From assembly GCA_964035545.1 (NCBI GenBank), contig OZ037768.1, positions 22,787,319 to 22,851,318 on the forward strand: a stretch of 64,000 bases of DNA, written 5' to 3'. This DNA comes from Bugula neritina. Its lineage: Eukaryota; Animalia; Bryozoa. Below the pieces are notes generated by a model that worked only from the letters and a program-made list of their open reading frames with translations, made no database searches and was not told the origin of the DNA. Shown one piece after another: positions 38,664-52,760 of the stretch; position 1 is the stretch's first letter, and every line of letters begins with the position of its first letter. The position numbers were made by a program, and so were the translations under genes.

Positions 38664-41600
38664 ATGGTGAGTTTTGTACTTAATATATAAACGAATGTTA
38701 TCAAATATACGGTGAATTATGAAAAATAAATGAGTAATACTTGTAAGTTGTACTAACTAAACTTGAAGTTTATTTATTTTGATTTTTCAAAGCAACTGCA
38801 AGCACAAAATGAAAATTGAGATAGAACTGTTTCGCAATTTTTCAAAATTTAAGGAGAAAATATTTGTAATTTTCATTCTTATAGGCGCCAGTAACAAGTC
38901 CCCAGGATGAGCAAGACAAGCTTTTAGAGGAAGCAATGAATGTTGTTAAAACCCAATCATTTCAAATGAAAAGATGTCTCGTGAGTTTTTAAAAAATATT
39001 ACATGCAGCATTGTGTAGGACAAACAGTTTTGTATAACCTGTAGTGTTAATTTTACTTCAGTCAATTTATCGTAGAAAATATTCCTATTTTTATACGATT
39101 GATTATTCATTTTCCTTGTTGTGTCAATTATCATCATTGGATTATCATTATGTATCTATATAATGTTATTAATATTAGTGGCTATTTATAGCATAAGTAT
39201 ATCAGAAAAAAAATTCTACATCAATACATTTTATTTTGCTTTATTCATTAAAAAATTTAAAAAAAAAAGTTGTCATTATAGTAACTCGTTGATCTCAGAG
39301 GCTTGCACGATGGTCCTACGGGATCAGCTGCAGGATACAGATACAGATATCTTATCTTATTGTTTCTGTTATAGATTTGAAGTTTTAGTTAGAATGCTAC
39401 TTATTACTCTATTGTAGGATGTTAAAATGGTTTGCTACTTATTACTCTATTGTAGGATAAACTGAAGTTGATGGAAGGCTTGAAGCATGCTTCTAATATG
39501 CTTAGCGAACTCAGAACTTCAGAGTTGTCTCCTAAGAATTACTATGAGCTCTGTATCCTTTTGTTTACCTGTTTATCATTATAGTGTCTATTTAATAGCT
39601 CAAATCACTTTGATACTTACAGTTATCAATATAATATAACCTGTTAATAAGGCTAACATTAACCTAGATGGAATAAAATACAAAGCAAAGCACAAATCAA
39701 TAACATGACTTTCAAAACTAAAAAAGTTCAAGAAAAATTTAGGCTTTGAGTTTTAAAAGATCTATAAATAAGAGCTAGTTGGTTTTGAAAGTTGCCTCTT
39801 TAGATGATTACTATTGACTCATCTGCATAATTTGACGCCAAATTTATGCAATAAATTAGTCAATTCTGACAGACATTTCAAGTTTCTAACCATCGCCTAC
39901 TTTTAGCCCGATAGATCAGGGTAAGCAGGTGCACTTTTAGTATAATTTGAAATTAAAACTTTCAACCTAAAGCAACTTGTTGTCAGGTTTTGACGACCTC
40001 AATTTGACTTGAGGCACAATTATGCAAATGTGTAGGCTAACTACATATTATTGCCTTCACTGTCAACTGATAGACATGGCAATCTCCGATGAGATGAGAC
40101 ATCTGGAGATTTATCTAATAGATGAATGGCAGAAAGGAAGGAAGGTTCCGGACCTGTATGAACTTGTTCAGTATGCTGGCCACATTGTTCCTAGACTGTA
40201 AGTCTCAATAGATGAATAGTATATATGATGTATTTCGTAATATGTCTATAACTGCATTTTGTAAATAATAAGTAACAAATAAATCAATAATAAATAAGGC
40301 TTTGTAAAGAAAAAAAATGCGTTGTGGTTGAGGGGACAATAGTACAAAGTGATCACATTCACGTTGCAAGAAGGTTCGACGCTGTCAAAGTTTATTAAAT
40401 ATAAAACTCGCTCTTTAGTACAAAAAACAGTTGTAAAATGCCGTATATTTGTTTTGTAATAAAATGATTTTCATCAAAGTTTTTGCATTTTCCATATGTC
40501 AAGCAAATCAGTCTATTTATTGCTTGTCTATGAGTCATCCTTTGTATTTACTCTGAGTCATTACCTGTCCAGGTATCTTCTAATCACGGTGGGCGTGGTC
40601 TATATCAAGGTCAGTGAGTTCTCTAGGAAAGATATCCTGAAAGACTTGGTAGAGATGTGTAGAGGAGTACAGCACCCTCTTAGAGGTCTCTTTCTCAGGA
40701 ACTACCTTCTACAATGCACTAAGAATGTGCTGCCCGACTGTGAGAAGGAATCAGAAATGTGAGTTGAGTTGATGACTCCTTTAGTACAACAGTAATAGAC
40801 TTCAGCGCCGGAATATTGTGACGTATATCATTGGAGTAGCTCAATAAATCTAGGTCAAGGACATACAATAATGTCTAAACAATGTGTCCCTCACTACTCA
40901 CTGGTGATTGTCTGTTGCTTAAAATTGTCACATGTATTATGTCTTTGTGGGCTTGCCACTGAGATAATGTGGTTTTTGTATATTTGCGGTTTTGTATATT
41001 TAATCTCGTTGCTGGTGAACTAGAGTTATTAAATTATTAAGAGCATTAATAGAAGCATGTTTTCAGTTCAAATTGACATCCATGTTGGTATGTATGACAG
41101 TCCTTAACCTTTCAATGATATTCCTCAGACCTGAAGAGTCGGGCACTGTCATGGACTCGGTGGAGTTCATTCAACTAAACTTTGCTGAGATGAACAAGCT
41201 GTGGGTGAGAATGCAGCATCAAGGTCATTCGAGGGACAGAGAGCAGCGAGAGCAGGAGAGACGGGAGCTGAGGCTACTCGTGGGAACCAACCTCGTGCGA
41301 CTTAGTCAGCTCGAGTATATTGATATACCTACATTCAAAAAGGTGAGCTCTGAATATATTGATATACCTACATTCAAAAAGGTGAGCTCTGAGTATATTG
41401 ATATACCTACATTCAAAAAGGTGAGCTCTGAGTATATTGATGTATTACATTTAAAAAAAGGTGAACTCTGAGCGTTGGTGTTTTTGAACTGTTGATATTT
41501 GAAGCTGATTTACGTTATCCGAGAGTAAACACTGCGTGTATATTGTAGAGTATTCTACCAGCCGTACTAGAGCAAGTGGTCAACTGCCGAGACCCCATAG

Positions 41601-44600
41601 CCCAGGAATACCTCATGGAGTGTATCATACAGGTGCCTGTCAACTTTTACATACTGTTAGAATATACTGGTTTCAGAGATCAATGTGAAATTGGGAATAA
41701 AATATTAGTTTCTGTGTACTAGGCTTGGGCTTAGGTTTAACTTTCTTCTCAATAAAATAAGCATTGCGATTAATTAAGCAGTTAAATATAGCGCCATCAG
41801 GAGATGGAATGTGTTTTTGTTTATTACATGATTTTATGATAATTACCTGTAATTATGACTTATTAAGGCATACCTACCATAGTGTGCAAAAGTAATGTTC
41901 AAATGAAAACAAAGCATATATATTGTGAAGCATTGTACACTAGTGTTACACTTTAATGGTAGAGTGTATGAATTACAGTTACTGCTTGAACTAACAAATA
42001 CTGCTCGTTTAGAAAATATTAGTTGAAGTAACGGAATGCTGTTGGTTACTTATAATTAATGTCTCGTGGTGTTCAAAATGTTGGGCGATTCCTTTTAGGG
42101 TCTTTTTTGCCATTTGGTTGTTATCATTTTGAAATTTGCTGAGTAAATTAAAATGGAAATACGTTCATAAGAAATATATTTCTGTAATATGAAAGGTAAA
42201 AGTGTCTTATGAATACATTTTTCAAGTCTAAATAATGGTGGTCTGTTTTTTGATCAATTTGATTTTACTCATGTATTTTGTAGATTATGTTTTTTCAGTG
42301 TATAAACCACAATGTTAATTAGTGTAATCTAAATGCTATTTGATGAAACAGAAGAGTGCTGGTGGTAGGATACAAGACAATAGTAGAACTAACCACTCTC
42401 TCTTACAGGTATTTCCAGACGAGTTTCACCTACAGACTCTGAGAATCTTCCTGCAGGCCTGCGCAGACCTCCATGAACATGTCAACGTGAAAACTATTAT
42501 CATATCTCTCATCAGCAGGTATGTCTGTCTGTCTGTCTGTATGTCTGTCTGTCTATCTGTCTGTCTGTATGTCTAGACTCTCATCAGCAGGTCTGTCTGT
42601 TTGTCTGTCCACATCATGGTTTCGTCTCATCTTTTCAATTGGCTATATGAAGACTTAGTACTATAGTTTGTAGCTTATAGCCATCACAAAGATCACGGAA
42701 TTCAAGTCTTACTGATTCAATTTAGAAAAATCCTATCAAATGAAAGTTGATGTGCTTAATGTTTCTACTTTGTTGATAATACTGTTAGGTAGAGTGCATT
42801 ATATTGGCCTCTCTAGTTGTGTAATAAAATAAATAATCATCTAATTGTTTTTTGTTTCTACTGTTGACATTATTTTCATGTTATTCTGTGCTTGCTATTG
42901 CAATTTCTCTACCATAACTATATCCAAATTATTGATTGAGTTGGTTTTGCAACACCTGATTTGGCAAACACATTGCTATTGTCATGCAATTGGTTCACTT
43001 TTTCTTTACTGTCATCAGATTGGTTCATTATATATGCATGTTGCAATTTGATTGGTTCATCACATCTATGCCATCACCTAATTGGTCTGTATGTTTTCAG
43101 ACTAGCTCAGTTTGCTACGAGGGATGAAGGAACTGGAATACCTTCAGATATTCAGCTGTTTGAGATATTTTCAGCGCAGATTAACCAAGTTGTCCAGGTA
43201 AGCTTCTAGAATGTTCCCTGTCACTAGATTTCTCTCAATAAGACGTGTCTCTAACCCCCTGCACCTTGTATACAGAACCGACCAGACATGCCCCCTGAGG
43301 ACATCGTGTCTCTGAACGTGGCCCTCATCAACCTGGCTCTCAAGTGCTACCCCGGCCGCTACGACTTCGTCGACAAGGTTCTGGAGACGACGGAAGAAAT
43401 TTTCCACAAATTGAATTTGGATCAGTAAGTTTTAGCTTAATTTGTTGTGTCAATTGTAAGTGATGAGTGTTTGGTTTAGCTTGATTCGTGTGACATTTCT
43501 ATTTATTATGGTTCATAAAGTTAAGTGATAAGCTGCCATTTTCATTTCAAGCTCATTAATTTTGCTCTTGCATGAGAAGATTTTACTCTGGTGGAATAGT
43601 AGGCAATTTAGAACTGTATGTGTGTCTTCAAGGAAATAACAGATACAACAGTAAATATTTCTTTTAATTTTTATTGGTAAATGGAAGTCAGTTGCTTACC
43701 ATAATATTTTACATGTATGTTGACATTTCACCTGACATTTCGTTGTTAGTGTTTGCATATCATCTGCTGGTTTGGTTTAATACATCTAAAGAAAGAACAC
43801 AACTCTTAATATAGAAATCTCCCTACTCACAATGTCTATGATACACTGTAGCCTGGAGCACACCAGCGCCGTGTCCAAAGAGCTGAGCAAACTCATGATG
43901 ATTCCAGTAGACAATTACAAGGACGTGTCTACTCTCCTCAAACTTGATCATTACGGGGCGCTGTTTGACTACTTCGACTATGAATCCAGAAAGTCTCTCA
44001 GTCTACACATAGTCAACAGTGCCATAGAGTCAGGAAACTACATAACTTCTTCTGATGAGGTCAGGATTACCTTCTTTCAGTATATTATAGGAAGCAAGTG
44101 TTTAGTTTGAGTTAAAAAGTTGGGTGTGGCGAGAAACCCGCCCATTATTTATCGTCATATTTCACTGAGAACACAGTATCATGTCGTGAACGTTGTTAAT
44201 ACAAGGTTTTTCTAATTCATGATATTCATTGATGCGGCAGACGGAAAAAAATCGCATGTGTTTTTCGATCAGAGATGTTGAAATAATTTTTACATCTGAA
44301 GTGTTTTCAGACTATAACATTCATAATACTAGGTTTAATTAATAACAGTGGCTACTAGCTTGTCTATAAGCAGATGGGAAAACATGTATCTTTGGAACGT
44401 CTGATACTGACTTTTGTCAAACTAGTACTCTGTAGCTTTAAAAGACAAAGCAGTTCAAAAAGTTCTTCCTAAGATATCATTCGACCTTGACAAAGTCATA
44501 ATGGAACACATCTCCTATATCATGATATTTGTTTATTTTGTTGGCACGCATATTCTTATGTTGGATTTATTTAGTAAATATCAAGTTTTTCTAATGATAT

Positions 44601-47600
44601 AAAAGTGGTGATAGAAGACCTTCTATATAGAAGTTATCTCCTCAATAAACTAAACACTACTTAATTTCCATGTTGTAGCCAACAGATCAGTTATCTTCTC
44701 TTGCAGGCGGACTCGCTGCTCACCATTATCTCTCCTCTGGTTGTTGACCAGAAGGATCAGCCGGAAGAAGAAGAGGATCCGGAAGATTTCTCTGAGGAGC
44801 AGACGACAGTGGCTAAGTTCATCAGTCTGCTGCAGGCACCCGAGCCCGACCAGCAGTATGTGGTGAGTCATTCATTCTATTATTATGTATTATATCATTC
44901 CTTTTATTATTATATGTTATATCATTCCCTTTATTATTATATATTCTATCATTCCTTTTATTATTATATATTATATCATTCTTTGTATTATTAATATTAT
45001 AATATTTCTTTTATTATTATATATTATATAATTCCTTTTATTATTATATATTATATAATTCCTTTTATTATTATATACTATATCATTCCTTTTATTATGA
45101 TATATTATGTCATTCCTTTTCTTATTATATATTATAATATATTTTATTATTATATATTATATCATTCCTTGTTTTATTATCTATCATATCTTTGTAAGAG
45201 TTGTATTCTCTTTATAGATACTGAATACGGCTCGTAAACACTTTGGTAGTGGAGGAAACAAACGGCTAAAGTTCACTTTACCTGTCCTCATCTTCTCAGC
45301 CTTCAAGTTGGCCTTTCATTACAAGTCAATCAGTGAAGAGGTACATCCTATACTACATGCTATACTGCGTGCTAGAGTTCATGCTATACTACATGCTATA
45401 CTGCGTGCTATACTATGCTATACTACATGCTATACTACTATATACTATGTGCTATACTGCGTGCTATGATATGCTATACTACATGCTATACTATATACTA
45501 TACTACATGCTATACTATGCTATACTGCGTGCTATACTATGCTATACTACTATATACTATATATTGTTCACAGGATGCCAAGTGGAACAAGAAGTGTCAG
45601 AAGATATTCCAGTTCTGTCACCAGACCATCGGCGCTCTCATTAAAGCCGAGCAGAACGAGATGTCGCTGAGACTCTTCCTCCAGGGTGCTGTCGCTGCCG
45701 GGGAGATTGAGTTTGAGAATGCAGAGTCTGTGGCCTACGAGTTTATCTCACAGGTAGGGACGTGTGACCAGCCCCCCTTCTTTGGTGGTAGTCGGGTGTA
45801 GTGATTATAGTAACAGTTTCTCCTGTGTGTTTTTGTTTAGCAATGGTTTTGGTAGTGGATTTAATTTTTTCCGGGCATACACGTAACCTAGCAATGTTTC
45901 TTTTTGGAAAAAATATAACACAGACACCTGTGTCTTCACATTACTTTTATACTAACCCAACAATGTAATACAATTGACTGTTTCGTGGCAATTTGAAGTG
46001 TGACGTGTATTGTGTAAATTCTTCAGCATCACACATTAAATACCTTCGCCCTCAGCATAAACTGCGCTGCTGACTGCTTCAAGAAGACAACTCCTTGGAG
46101 TTTAGTATAACTATGTTTTCTATAGCAACAGTACTGGGTCTAACTCTAACCCCCCTCCCCCCCCCCCCAGTTATGGCATTTAATGGATTATTTTCATTTC
46201 ATGATTAAATCATAAGTTTACTCTCCTAGGAGTATCAATGTAACGTCTGAATGCTGTAACTGCGTTATTTATTACATTTGTGTTAAGAGTAAACTAGATC
46301 TTATAAAATACTTCACTGTACATTGTAACTGTATTGAATTAAAGAGTCTGTATCACTCCATTATACTCTGGGGTCTACTATTTCATTATTCAAATTACTC
46401 TTATAATACAATCACCATAACACAGTGTATTTTATTGCTATTGTATGACATTATGTTAACCTTCTACTGATGGTGCCACCAGCTCCTTATATAAAACTTA
46501 ATTATTCTCTATGGTATAAACACATGTAGGGAGTTCATATAAAGTATTAATTCATTTGATATTCGCTGTTAACTATTAGACAGGTTCATCACAGCATAAT
46601 TTCTGGCTGGGTTATATTTTTCAATGCTAGCTTGCACTAGTGTTACCTCACAAGTTAGTAGTCGTGGTCTAGGGGTTAGAGGTCAGCGGTAGGTCATGGG
46701 TTAAAACTCCAGCAAGGTCATTGGTGATGTCAAGGAAAGCATTCGGTCATTTTGCTATTTGGAAAACTTTGAAGTTATGTTTGGTGAAAGACACAGTTCT
46801 TAGCCTGAATTATACCATTTCATCAGGGGTTCTCACAGGAGTTCTCACAGGGGTTCTCACAGGGGTTCTCATCAGGGGTTCTCACAGGGGTTCTCATCAG
46901 GGGTTCTCCATGAGTGGAGACTAAGCAAATGTGAGGATAGTTTCAACTCACAGCCGTTATAATCAACCAATCACTGTTATATTTTGTTTCTAAAATTTAA
47001 GAATATTTTCTCATTTCGCTTGAATTGTTACATTCAGCTTTCACTCTTTGTTTACCTGCCCTTGCTTAGTGTATCTCCAGATTACTTGCTGCCGTAGGGA
47101 GACAATCTGCTGCCATGGGGAGACAAGTTCTCAAATTGATTCTTAGCATTCAACAAACACCAATACTGAGTAATGCTAACTAAATGTTAAATTCGGCAGC
47201 CCGGCAGCGTTGTCATGTCTACCTCCCGCTGACACACCTCTATGATGCCTGCAACCATCTCATTGCTCGGTTATTGATTGCTGAATCGTGCTTTTAGCTG
47301 GTTACAGTTTCTATTAAATGTTAATCAGCATAGAAGTTGTTTATCTAGGATTGAATATACAGCTTGGGTTCAATATTCCACACCTGACTGTCAGCTCCTT
47401 CGTGAATCATAATCAGCACTCAGTAATCTCTCTACTCCCACGTCGATATATTGACATGCTGACTAACCTAGTCCTTGAATATTAATTGCTGCCTTTAATA
47501 ACCTGAGTGGTTCTAAATTTCTGCGAAGCTCAACAGTGACGATGTCATTTGTCAAATGTAATTACAAAATTCATCGTAAGCCGAACTGCACTTCACAGTT

Positions 47601-50069
47601 TTTGGAGTACTTGCTAAAAGCGGTGACTAGTCAATATCCCGAAGGCCCATTAAGGTCTATTAGCCCGAATGATGTTATTCAATAAAATAAAATTGTTTTT
47701 AATTTTATCTTTTAAGCCTACATGTTTCACGTTGAAACCTGCTAGTCAAATACTTTCAGACCAATGGACCTTCGGACCAATGGATCTACGGACCAATGGA
47801 CCTACGAAATATTGACCCATCTATGATATAAGTATTGACTTGACTTAATGCTACTTTGGCCCAGTTTTTGGTACATCTTAATGCAAGTGCGAGTAAATAA
47901 ATAAAGTGGAGAGGAGCCAACTCCAAGTGTGATCAGCCTTAAAACTGTTTTATGAGTCTATTTATAGTTTTAAAGCTTTCAATCTTTTGATAAAATACCT
48001 AATACCAGATACCATGAGTCATCTTTATTCTCTGCTTTCAGTTGCACACAGTATCGATTTGAATATGGCTATAATATAGTATTGTAGTGTGTAATATATC
48101 CATGGATTATGGTATAACATAGCCTGGGCTCACAGGAAGCAATCACAGTCCTGTGGGTCTAGTATCTCATACATTGTGTTAAGTTGAGGGATCAGGCTCC
48201 GCTAAGGTCGTAGCTGCTACTGTGTGACTTATGTATCATGATACTAGTGTCATCTGAGCTAAAATCTATAGCCTGGTTTACCATTTGGTATTCTCACAGG
48301 GGTTGTGACTAAACAAACATGAGTTTATAATCTGTACACAGTATTCGCTAACGGCTTCCATATTGTATTATAAATATATGTTTTATAATGACATATGATA
48401 ATCATACAACACAATGTTTGTGTGTAATTCAATGCCCTAAAATTTTTCGTGAGCATAGTAATACTGTTTTGTGCTATAATATAATGCAATAAATAGTATA
48501 AAATTTGCTAACGTGTGTATTGTGTGTCTCATGTTTATGCTTTGGTTATATTACATTCATTATGATTATATTACATTCACTGTGACCACATTACATTTAC
48601 TATAACTGTATGACATTGACTATGATTATATTACATCCTGTATGGTTATATTACATTATATTACATCCTGTATGGTTATATTACATTATATTACATCCTG
48701 TATGGTTATATTACATTATATTACATCCTGTATGGTTATATTACATTATATTACATCTTGTATGTCTCATTTCCAGGCGTTCAGTTTGTACGAGGATGAG
48801 ATTAGTGACAGCAAGGCCCAGCTCTCGGCCATCTACCTCATCATTGCTACGTTTGAACAAATGGGAATATTCAGTGAAGAGAACCATGAGCCACTGCGTA
48901 CTAAGTGTGCCCTGGCAGCATCGAAGCTACTAAAGAAACCAGATCAGTGTAGGGCTGTCGCTGCCTGTTCACATCTGTTTTGGTCTGGGAAGATTAATGG
49001 AGAAGAGGTAATGAAATTTTAGTTTCTGTGTTTTTATGATAGCATTGGACCAAACGGTGCCACTGGCCTGGCCTTACTGATACCGGTCCAAGAAAGGCAT
49101 ACTATTGTGTCTGACTTCAGTAGATATGTTACAGAGATGACTCTTATAGTTGCCTATCCTGGCATTTCACTCAGTAACGCTGCTCATTGAAATTACATGT
49201 TTTGGGATTTGAACCCTTATTTTTATTATATTATGTAGTATATAATACATTTCATTATATTATATATTGTATTATACATTTCATTATATTATATTATATA
49301 TTTCATTATATTAATTTCGTACTCAGAATATGCAATGTCATTGAATGTTGGTAAGAAATTTCATTAGTTGCACCACTTCAGTGAATCTGCCCATCACCTG
49401 GTAACACTGGTTGCAAGTGTCAATCTTCACATTTTAGTGTGTGTGTCTTTGTCATTCAACAAGCTCTAAATACTTTTGTACAATGTTTTTATGTTGCCAT
49501 GGTGACTGTTGCAGATGCATGATGGGAAGAGAGTTTTAGAGTGCCTGAAGAAAAGTCTGAGGATAGCCAATCAGTGCATGGATAGCTCAGTGCAAGTTCA
49601 GCTATTCGTCGAAATTCTTGACCATTACATCTTTGTTTACGAGAAAGGAAACGATCAGGTAACGTAGTCTATTAATAGATTTGATGCTATGTTTAGCATC
49701 TCTGCTCCAGACAGCAGATTACTATATTCTACGTACGACGTGCTATTGATTTAGTTGGGTTACGTAACGGTACAGACGGCAATTAGTACACACGTACTTC
49801 CTCAACATCTGGCTAGATTCGTTCTGAATAGTAGATAGTAGATTTGCTTATTCTATGGCCAAAAGATCTACTTTGTAACTATTTCGTGTTTTCAGGTCAC
49901 AATGCAACTGCTAAACGCCCTCATCTCTAAGATTAGGGAGGAGCTTCCAAACTTAGAGGCCAATCAGGACACAGAGCAGATTAATAAGCATTTCCAGAAT
50001 ACTATGGATAGACTTAGAGCTAGAGTTGAGTCTCAGGAAGAACCCAGCTATGATGGCCTTGAACTCTAA
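38664..50069 (+). CDS. VPS35: Retromer cargo-selective subunit VPS35, about 17 coding exons
   Basis: ATG-only first coding exon (38664-38666|gtgagt), then [122 protein letters not shown]-terminal YDGLEL* (50069). Confidence 0.96.
39553..40073 (+). other. U12-type GT-AG intron in VPS35
   Basis: Donor GTATCCTTTT at 39553; branch point TGCCTTCAC (40052-40060) with no polypyrimidine tract before the TAG at 40073; joins YEL-Y-MAISDE in frame. Confidence 0.9.
41313..41470 (+). repeat. 39-bp tandem duplication of a VPS35 exon end plus donor, 4 copies
   Basis: GAGTATATTGATATACCTACATTCAAAAAG|GTGAGCTCT repeated. Confidence 0.95.
44868..45190. repeat. AT-rich ~27-bp minisatellite filling a VPS35 intron
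   Basis: TATCATTCCTTTTATTATTATATATTA units. Confidence 0.85.
45343..45562. repeat. 10-12 bp TGCTATACTA(CA)-type array filling a VPS35 intron
   Basis: Direct reading. Confidence 0.85.
46660..46936 (+). mobile_element. tRNA-derived SINE, same family, with internal tandem expansion of its tail motif
   Basis: GTGGTCTAGGGGTTAGAG..GGTCATTGGTGATGTC.. then about 7 copies of CAGGGGTTCTCA. Confidence 0.75.
47630..47816. mobile_element. Small MITE-like element with 16-bp subterminal repeats
   Basis: Left GTCAATATCCCGAAGGCCCATT versus right-end reverse complement GTCAATATTTCGTAGGTCCATT; three GACCAATGGA units at the right end. Confidence 0.55.
48260..48325 (+). mobile_element. SINE 3' fragment
   Basis: TAGCCTGG..TTCTCACAGGGGTTGTGACTAAAC resembles the family tail. 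Confidence 0.4.
48545..48763. repeat. 30-bp minisatellite abutting a VPS35 acceptor
   Basis: TTACATCCTGTATGGTTATATTACATTATA units. Confidence 0.9.
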
Positions 50070-52527
50070 GCTGCCAGTAAAAAGAATTTTATACTGTTTG
50101 CTCTCCATACACTATTCCATTATATGGTTTTTTATTTATCTTCATTATTATGTGGTATTCTGCAATAAACTTATCTGGTGATTTTTATATAATCTTTGCA
50201 TTTTGCTATGCAGATAAAGTTATCATGGAAACTTAATAATTGAACTATTGCTATCATTAACAACACCCAGTTAGTTCCATTGTAGCTTTACCTTACATTA
50301 CCCTGTAGTGTAAGAAAATTAGTTTTGATTATTTAGCTTCACTTGGTCAGTATTAAATAAAGACAACAGAATATTGTATCCTTCCTAATGTTCAATAAAT
50401 ATATACACATCACTTGAAATGTTCCAAGTCATTAGTTCCACATCAAATTTACAATCCAATTTCTCAATTGCATTCTATTTTATTTATTTAATAGTTTCTT
50501 TCATAAATTTAACTTATGCAAGAAATGTGTCCCTTGACTAAGCTAAGATGCTACTACATCTATGTAGATAATAAAAAAAATGCACTTGAATAGTTAATTA
50601 ATAACTATATAGTAGCAATCGCCATTTATTTCTAAAGTGCATGATTATTAGTACCATGTAATTCTTGTCAAGAGATCAAGCATATTAATGTAATAAGTCA
50701 GTTGCTATTAAAACATATATTTTGTTGAATATTTTACATTGATGGCCAGCAAACTGCGTTAGCTGTAATCATTCTACAGTTGAAGGGAGAATGTCAACAG
50801 ATGCTGCCATTTCGTTTGCCTTCTTGTCCAAGTGAAAACAATACAGTCAGCATTTGTTTGGGTCAGCAATGTTCAGTCATCTAGTTAAATCAATATACAA
50901 ACGACACACTATATAATATTGTCATCCTGTACTGTAGAGTGGAGTCTATATTATACTGTCTCAGGTATATAATGCAACTTAACTCAATCAATAAACCTTT
51001 CAAACGTATCATTGATATCAAAAAGAAGATTTGCTTGTTTACTTGTAATCAATAGTTTGGGATAATAAAGTGGGTGTAGAATGTAGATGTGTCATAGGTG
51101 CTTAGAAATATTATTATAGTAATTATGCTTGTTTTGTGGTGACTATCCAATACTTTTGCTTTTTTAACTTAAAACAATACATATTTGCCAAAACTGTTGA
51201 AATAGAAAAATCTTTCAGTGCTTGAGCATTTTTTAAATTGTTTTATTGACAGTTTAGTTATTTGTTTGACATCAAGGGCTTTCTACATTGCCTAATAGTG
51301 ATCCGGGTTTAATTCAAATGTCAAAAAGTTTATTACTGCCGAAAAACTTCCAATAAATATTTAACAAGTTTTTTTGCATTTTAAGCAGTTGAAGGCAAAA
51401 GCTTTAAAGTATTTTTTGTCAAAAAATTAAATAAATGCAATTTAATTATTACAAATATATTACTTTATCATGTGATAATTATATTACAACTTCCAACACA
51501 GAGACAATAAATGCTGAAAGCTATAATACTGTTAAACAATAAGATGTGTCAAATAAAGAGAGAAATAGAGGTGAAGTCTCCAATACAAATACCGCACTCT
51601 TTGGGGACTCAAAGTTATTAATAGCAATTATTGAACCATGGACGCTATCATATCACATGGTAATCGACAGCATAATGCTTTGCTTTCTGTTGGCAGCATT
51701 ATTATTGATTTCATCAAGGGCTTGAATACAGCATTGATATACATGCTGTTGTACTGCTGCGTTTGTTCCATTGGAGGGAGGTACGTTCTGGAGAGTAGTT
51801 TTCCTATCAGAATAGAAAATGTAAAATATCCAACAGGTAAATAAAATACCTATAACTCTTTATACAGATAAAAATATATAAATCTTATATAAAAGGTGAT
51901 AATTATTGTATCTCTCAAGTTGTGTTCTCTTTAAAATATTTGTTCAAATTTGCTTGACTACAAGGTGTTGAGTCTGATATAGTCTGTGATACAAACTTGT
52001 CATATAAAATAACGTTACTGTTGAAACTTAAAAAGGTGTGCTTTATTAAATATTTTACGATAGACACATCCTAAATGTTACATGAAATCTCCATCACATG
52101 CTAAGTTATAGAAAGGCTTGCATGAAATTTTTTGTCATAGAGAAAGAGATTGGCTAGAAATTTGAGATAATTCTATGTTCAAGCAGCAACAAGCTATAGG
52201 TACACTGGGAGTCTTTTTGTACTGTTCCTCTATGATAGTTAAGCTTGCGAGTTGAAAGATTTAAAACACTGCGACAAATATCTCGAAGTTCCATGAACTT
52301 GCATATAAAACTGTATATAGAAGTGTATATAAACTTGTATATATAGCTGCATATATTATAGTTGTATATAGAGCTGTATTAAAAACTGTATTTGAAACCG
52401 CATATAAAGCTGCATATAGAACTGTATATGCAATGCATATGCAACTTTATATAAAAGTATATAATATGCTGTTGCACAGGTATAAAGGTTTTATACATAC
52501 TATACATGGGCTTACATGCAATCTAAA

Positions 52528-52760
52528 GGGAGGGCTGTAGTCCAGTGGGTAGAAAGAAGCACTATAGTTTAACACAACACAAGTAGTGTAGATCCTATCT
52601 CAACAGGTAATTTTAATAAGGGCGTCCAGTAATATTTGTGTCTGCAGTGACAATTATGATTCCCAGACTATCGCATGGTAAAAGGAACATGTGGATTGAG
52701 TTCATCTTGGTATCATGACCACCAGGCTAGGGTTCTCCCAGGGGGTGTGGCTAACAAACC
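52528..52760 (+). mobile_element. Degenerate SINE, probably same family
   Basis: GGGAGGGCTGTAGTCCAGTGGGTAGA head, GGGCGTCCAGT core, GGGTTCTCCCAGGGG tail. Confidence 0.5.
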
